Assembly: GCA_023920165.1 (NCBI GenBank)
Contig: CP089275.1
Location: 3,844,001-3,908,000 of the forward strand
DNA from: Curvularia clavata
Lineage: Eukaryota
Length of the DNA stretch: 64,000 nt
Direction of reading: 5' to 3'
Part shown: positions 61,720 to 64,000 of the stretch, one piece after another
How positions within the stretch are numbered: position 1 is the stretch's first letter
Layout of the letters: each line of letters starts with the position of its first letter
The notes under the pieces: generated by a model
Databases searched by the model: none
Told to the model about the DNA's origin: nothing
Seen by the model: the letters and a program-made list of their open reading frames with translations, nothing else
Made by a program: the position numbers and the translations under genes

Positions 61720-64000
61720 CTACACCTTTCCTCCCTTCTGCCTCTCCCACGTAGCTACCGCCTTCTCAAATAACTCCTTACACGGGACGCGAGAACCCAG
61801 CCTAGCACAGAGCAAAAACGCACCACTCAGCTTGCGATGCAGACTATACGTTTCCTCTGGTGGCGGCGCGAGCCTCTCCTTGACCATGACGGGGATCAAA
61901 CCACGCACACGATCAGTGATGGTCTGGTCTCTGAAGTCGTAGACTGCAGGACCGCTGGTACTAAAGGGCTCGGCAAGCGTGAGTACGCTTTGAATATGAG
62001 CGTCGAGCATGGCAGGACTCTCGTCGCCAGTTAGATAACCCAGTTCGAGGGAGAGATCGCGGATCGAATCTCGGTCTCCCTTGGAAGCCGCAATCAAGAC
62101 CTTGATATAAGGTTCAACAAACTTATCAGGATAATCTCTGCTGGCACCAAAGTCGAGAAGTTCAATTTTCTGCGCCTTGGGGTTGTACAGGAAGTTGGTC
62201 CAGTTGGGGTCCGTCTGCATGAACTTGAATTCCACAATTTCGCGCAGACAGAGACGGAGGATCTGGGTGCCGATCCAATCGCGTTGGTCTTGGGTGAGAG
62301 TCTTAAGCTTTGTAACACCCACGCCTTGCATGAATTCGGCTGTGAGAACTGTAGGACCACTGGCTTCGGTGAAGACCTTGGGAACAGTAAAGACTTCTGT
62401 GTCGTCTTGGAGAAGTTCGCGGAAGCGAGTTTGGCATTCCGCCTCGCGCGTGTAGTCGCATTCCCAACCCAGCTCGGTGCGTGCGTTGGCAATGGTTTTA
62501 TCCAGGTAGAGACCTTTGGGTAGGAGACGAGATGCTGTAAGGAGGATGGAGAGGTTGCTGAGGTCAGAGTCGATGGAGTTGGCAACGCCAGGATATTGTA
62601 CCTTGACAGCCACCGTTTGCCCGGTGGACTTCAGTACAGCTTTATGTACCTGGCCAATTGACGCTGCTGCGATTGGAACGTCTTCAAATGACTCAAAGAG
62701 GTCGCGCCAGTTCTCACCAAGGTTACTGCTCAAGACCTTGTTTCTTTGCGAGGCTGGCATGTAGTCGGCACTATCCTGGACTCTCTGAAGAACGTCATGG
62801 ATTGCAGGTGGAAGCATTTTGATGTCTTGAAAACTGATCATCTGCCCAAGCTTAAGAGCAGCACCTCGCATGCGTGACAGCTTCGCTACTAGAATCTCTA
62901 GATTTCGCTCGCTCAGCATGAGGGAGCCAGTGGTAGATGCAGCGCTACCAGTTGCGCGCCGAAGACCCTCTCCAACAGCCCCAAGAGCCATGCTTGTACC
63001 GAGCCCGGCATACTGCCAAATGCGACCGAACCGTGAAGAAGGGACTCTTGATTCTCGTAAAGCATAGGGTGCCTTCTCCTGCTTCGCTATCTCACCTGGT
63101 GACTACGGTACAACTGTCAGCAAATCAGCATGCTTCAAGTCAATAGAGGGGATTGGCATACCTCAGATATAGCTGCGTTTGCCTGGGCATCCTGAGCAAG
63201 TTGAGACGCAAGTTTCTCCATTTCATTTGAGGAAATGGCTGGCTGTGCTACTCGAGACGACTCTGTTTGCGAAGATGATGGAGTCGACTTCTGCGTTGAG
63301 GCCAAAGGTCGATCATCAAGTGGATGTCTGCCCGCAGGTCGATCGTCTAGAGGATGTCTCTTCACGGGTCGGTCATCAAGTGGATGTCTGCCGCTACTTT
63401 TACGCTCAGCATACTCCTTGCGAGAGAAGGGATCGCTTCCCAGCATCCTCGCAACACGCTTCGAATGGAACACATCGGTATTTATGCCCTCTGGTATCCC
63501 ATCCTCGACCTGCCCAGACGAACTGGTCTTTTGAAACTTGTCGGACTGTGCAGAATCACCCCTCGGCTGCCCCGGAAGCGGTATAGTAGTCTCTGTGGAC
63601 TCCACCGGCTGGAAGCCTTCGTCTCCGTGCCTTGTATGCTCACCGTGATCCTGTGCTAGAGGATCCTTGGGAGCCTCATGTACCGGCCTTTCATTGAATA
63701 CGTCTTTTCCCTTCTCCTCCTGCTCCAGTGTCAACCCATTGCTCGGTATGGTGCCATCTGGCAATGGCGCCCTAGGTGAATCCTTCTGATCTATTTCCAA
63801 TTCCTCTGTAGGCGGTGGCGTATCGGCAGTGTTTTGCTCTGAGCGGTCATAATGGTGGTCCTGCTCTACACCTTCTTTTACATGTCCTGTTGGAGCATGT
63901 TCCTTCCAGACTGTTTCCCTTCTTGGAATATCCTTCGAGTGAGATTTCTGTGATTGCCATGCTTGCTGTGTCCATTGTGCACCTGTTGCTTGGTCTGCTG
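61720..64000 (-). CDS. COQ8: ABC1/UbiB atypical kinase Coq8 (5' end lies beyond the window)
   Basis: ESRVPSSRFGR, RMRGAALKLGQ, AAASIGQVH, VAVKVQYPGV, MQTDPNWTNF, LLDFGA, PPPEETYSLHRKLSG. Intron 63103-63161. Confidence 0.95.
63304..63393 (-). repeat. Three ~30-nt tandem repeats encoding xRHPLDDRPx in the Coq8 N-terminal extension
   Basis: GRHPLDDRPV-KRHPLDDRPA-GRHPLDDRPL; the DNA units are near-identical. Confidence 0.85.

Noticed and set aside
1..64000. tRNA, rRNA, CRISPR arrays, TPP riboswitch, intact mobile elements, NACHT/NB-ARC NLR
   Set aside because: No corresponding signatures were recognised by eye; tRNAscan-SE, Infernal and HMM scans would be needed to exclude them formally.

Overview
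Gene-dense fungal nuclear DNA, probably a filamentous ascomycete (Dothideomycete/Pleosporales-like, judged from protein character). It has short GT-AG introns with CTRAC branch points. I reconstructed about 21 intron-containing genes by hand: importin-beta-like, FUN14-like, GPI7, an orphan CxxC protein, an RBR E3 ligase, a small acylated Gly-rich protein, an SLC35E-type transporter, INO80, BRX1, two F-box-like proteins, SMI1/KNR4, MTO1, RIM1, a WDR70-like protein, an atypical SDR, STE12, CRD1 and a partial COQ8. The standout is a head-to-head gene pair at 27.6-36.3 kb. One gene splices three apparent ORFs into a single ~2062-aa mosaic protein: an N-terminal helical domain and C2H2 fingers, followed by diverged pieces resembling unrelated housekeeping proteins (two macrodomains, a NAM8-type RRM, a Gac1-type PP1-docking segment, a Zn2Cys6 cluster and an RPA32-like winged helix). 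The other gene, 482 bp away, encodes a HeLo-like N-terminus plus a pseudokinase-like C-terminus. The arrangement suggests a sensor-with-integrated-decoys / cell-death-executor pair (inference). No tRNA, rRNA, CRISPR array or intact transposon was recognised. All family assignments are from motif recall, not database searches.
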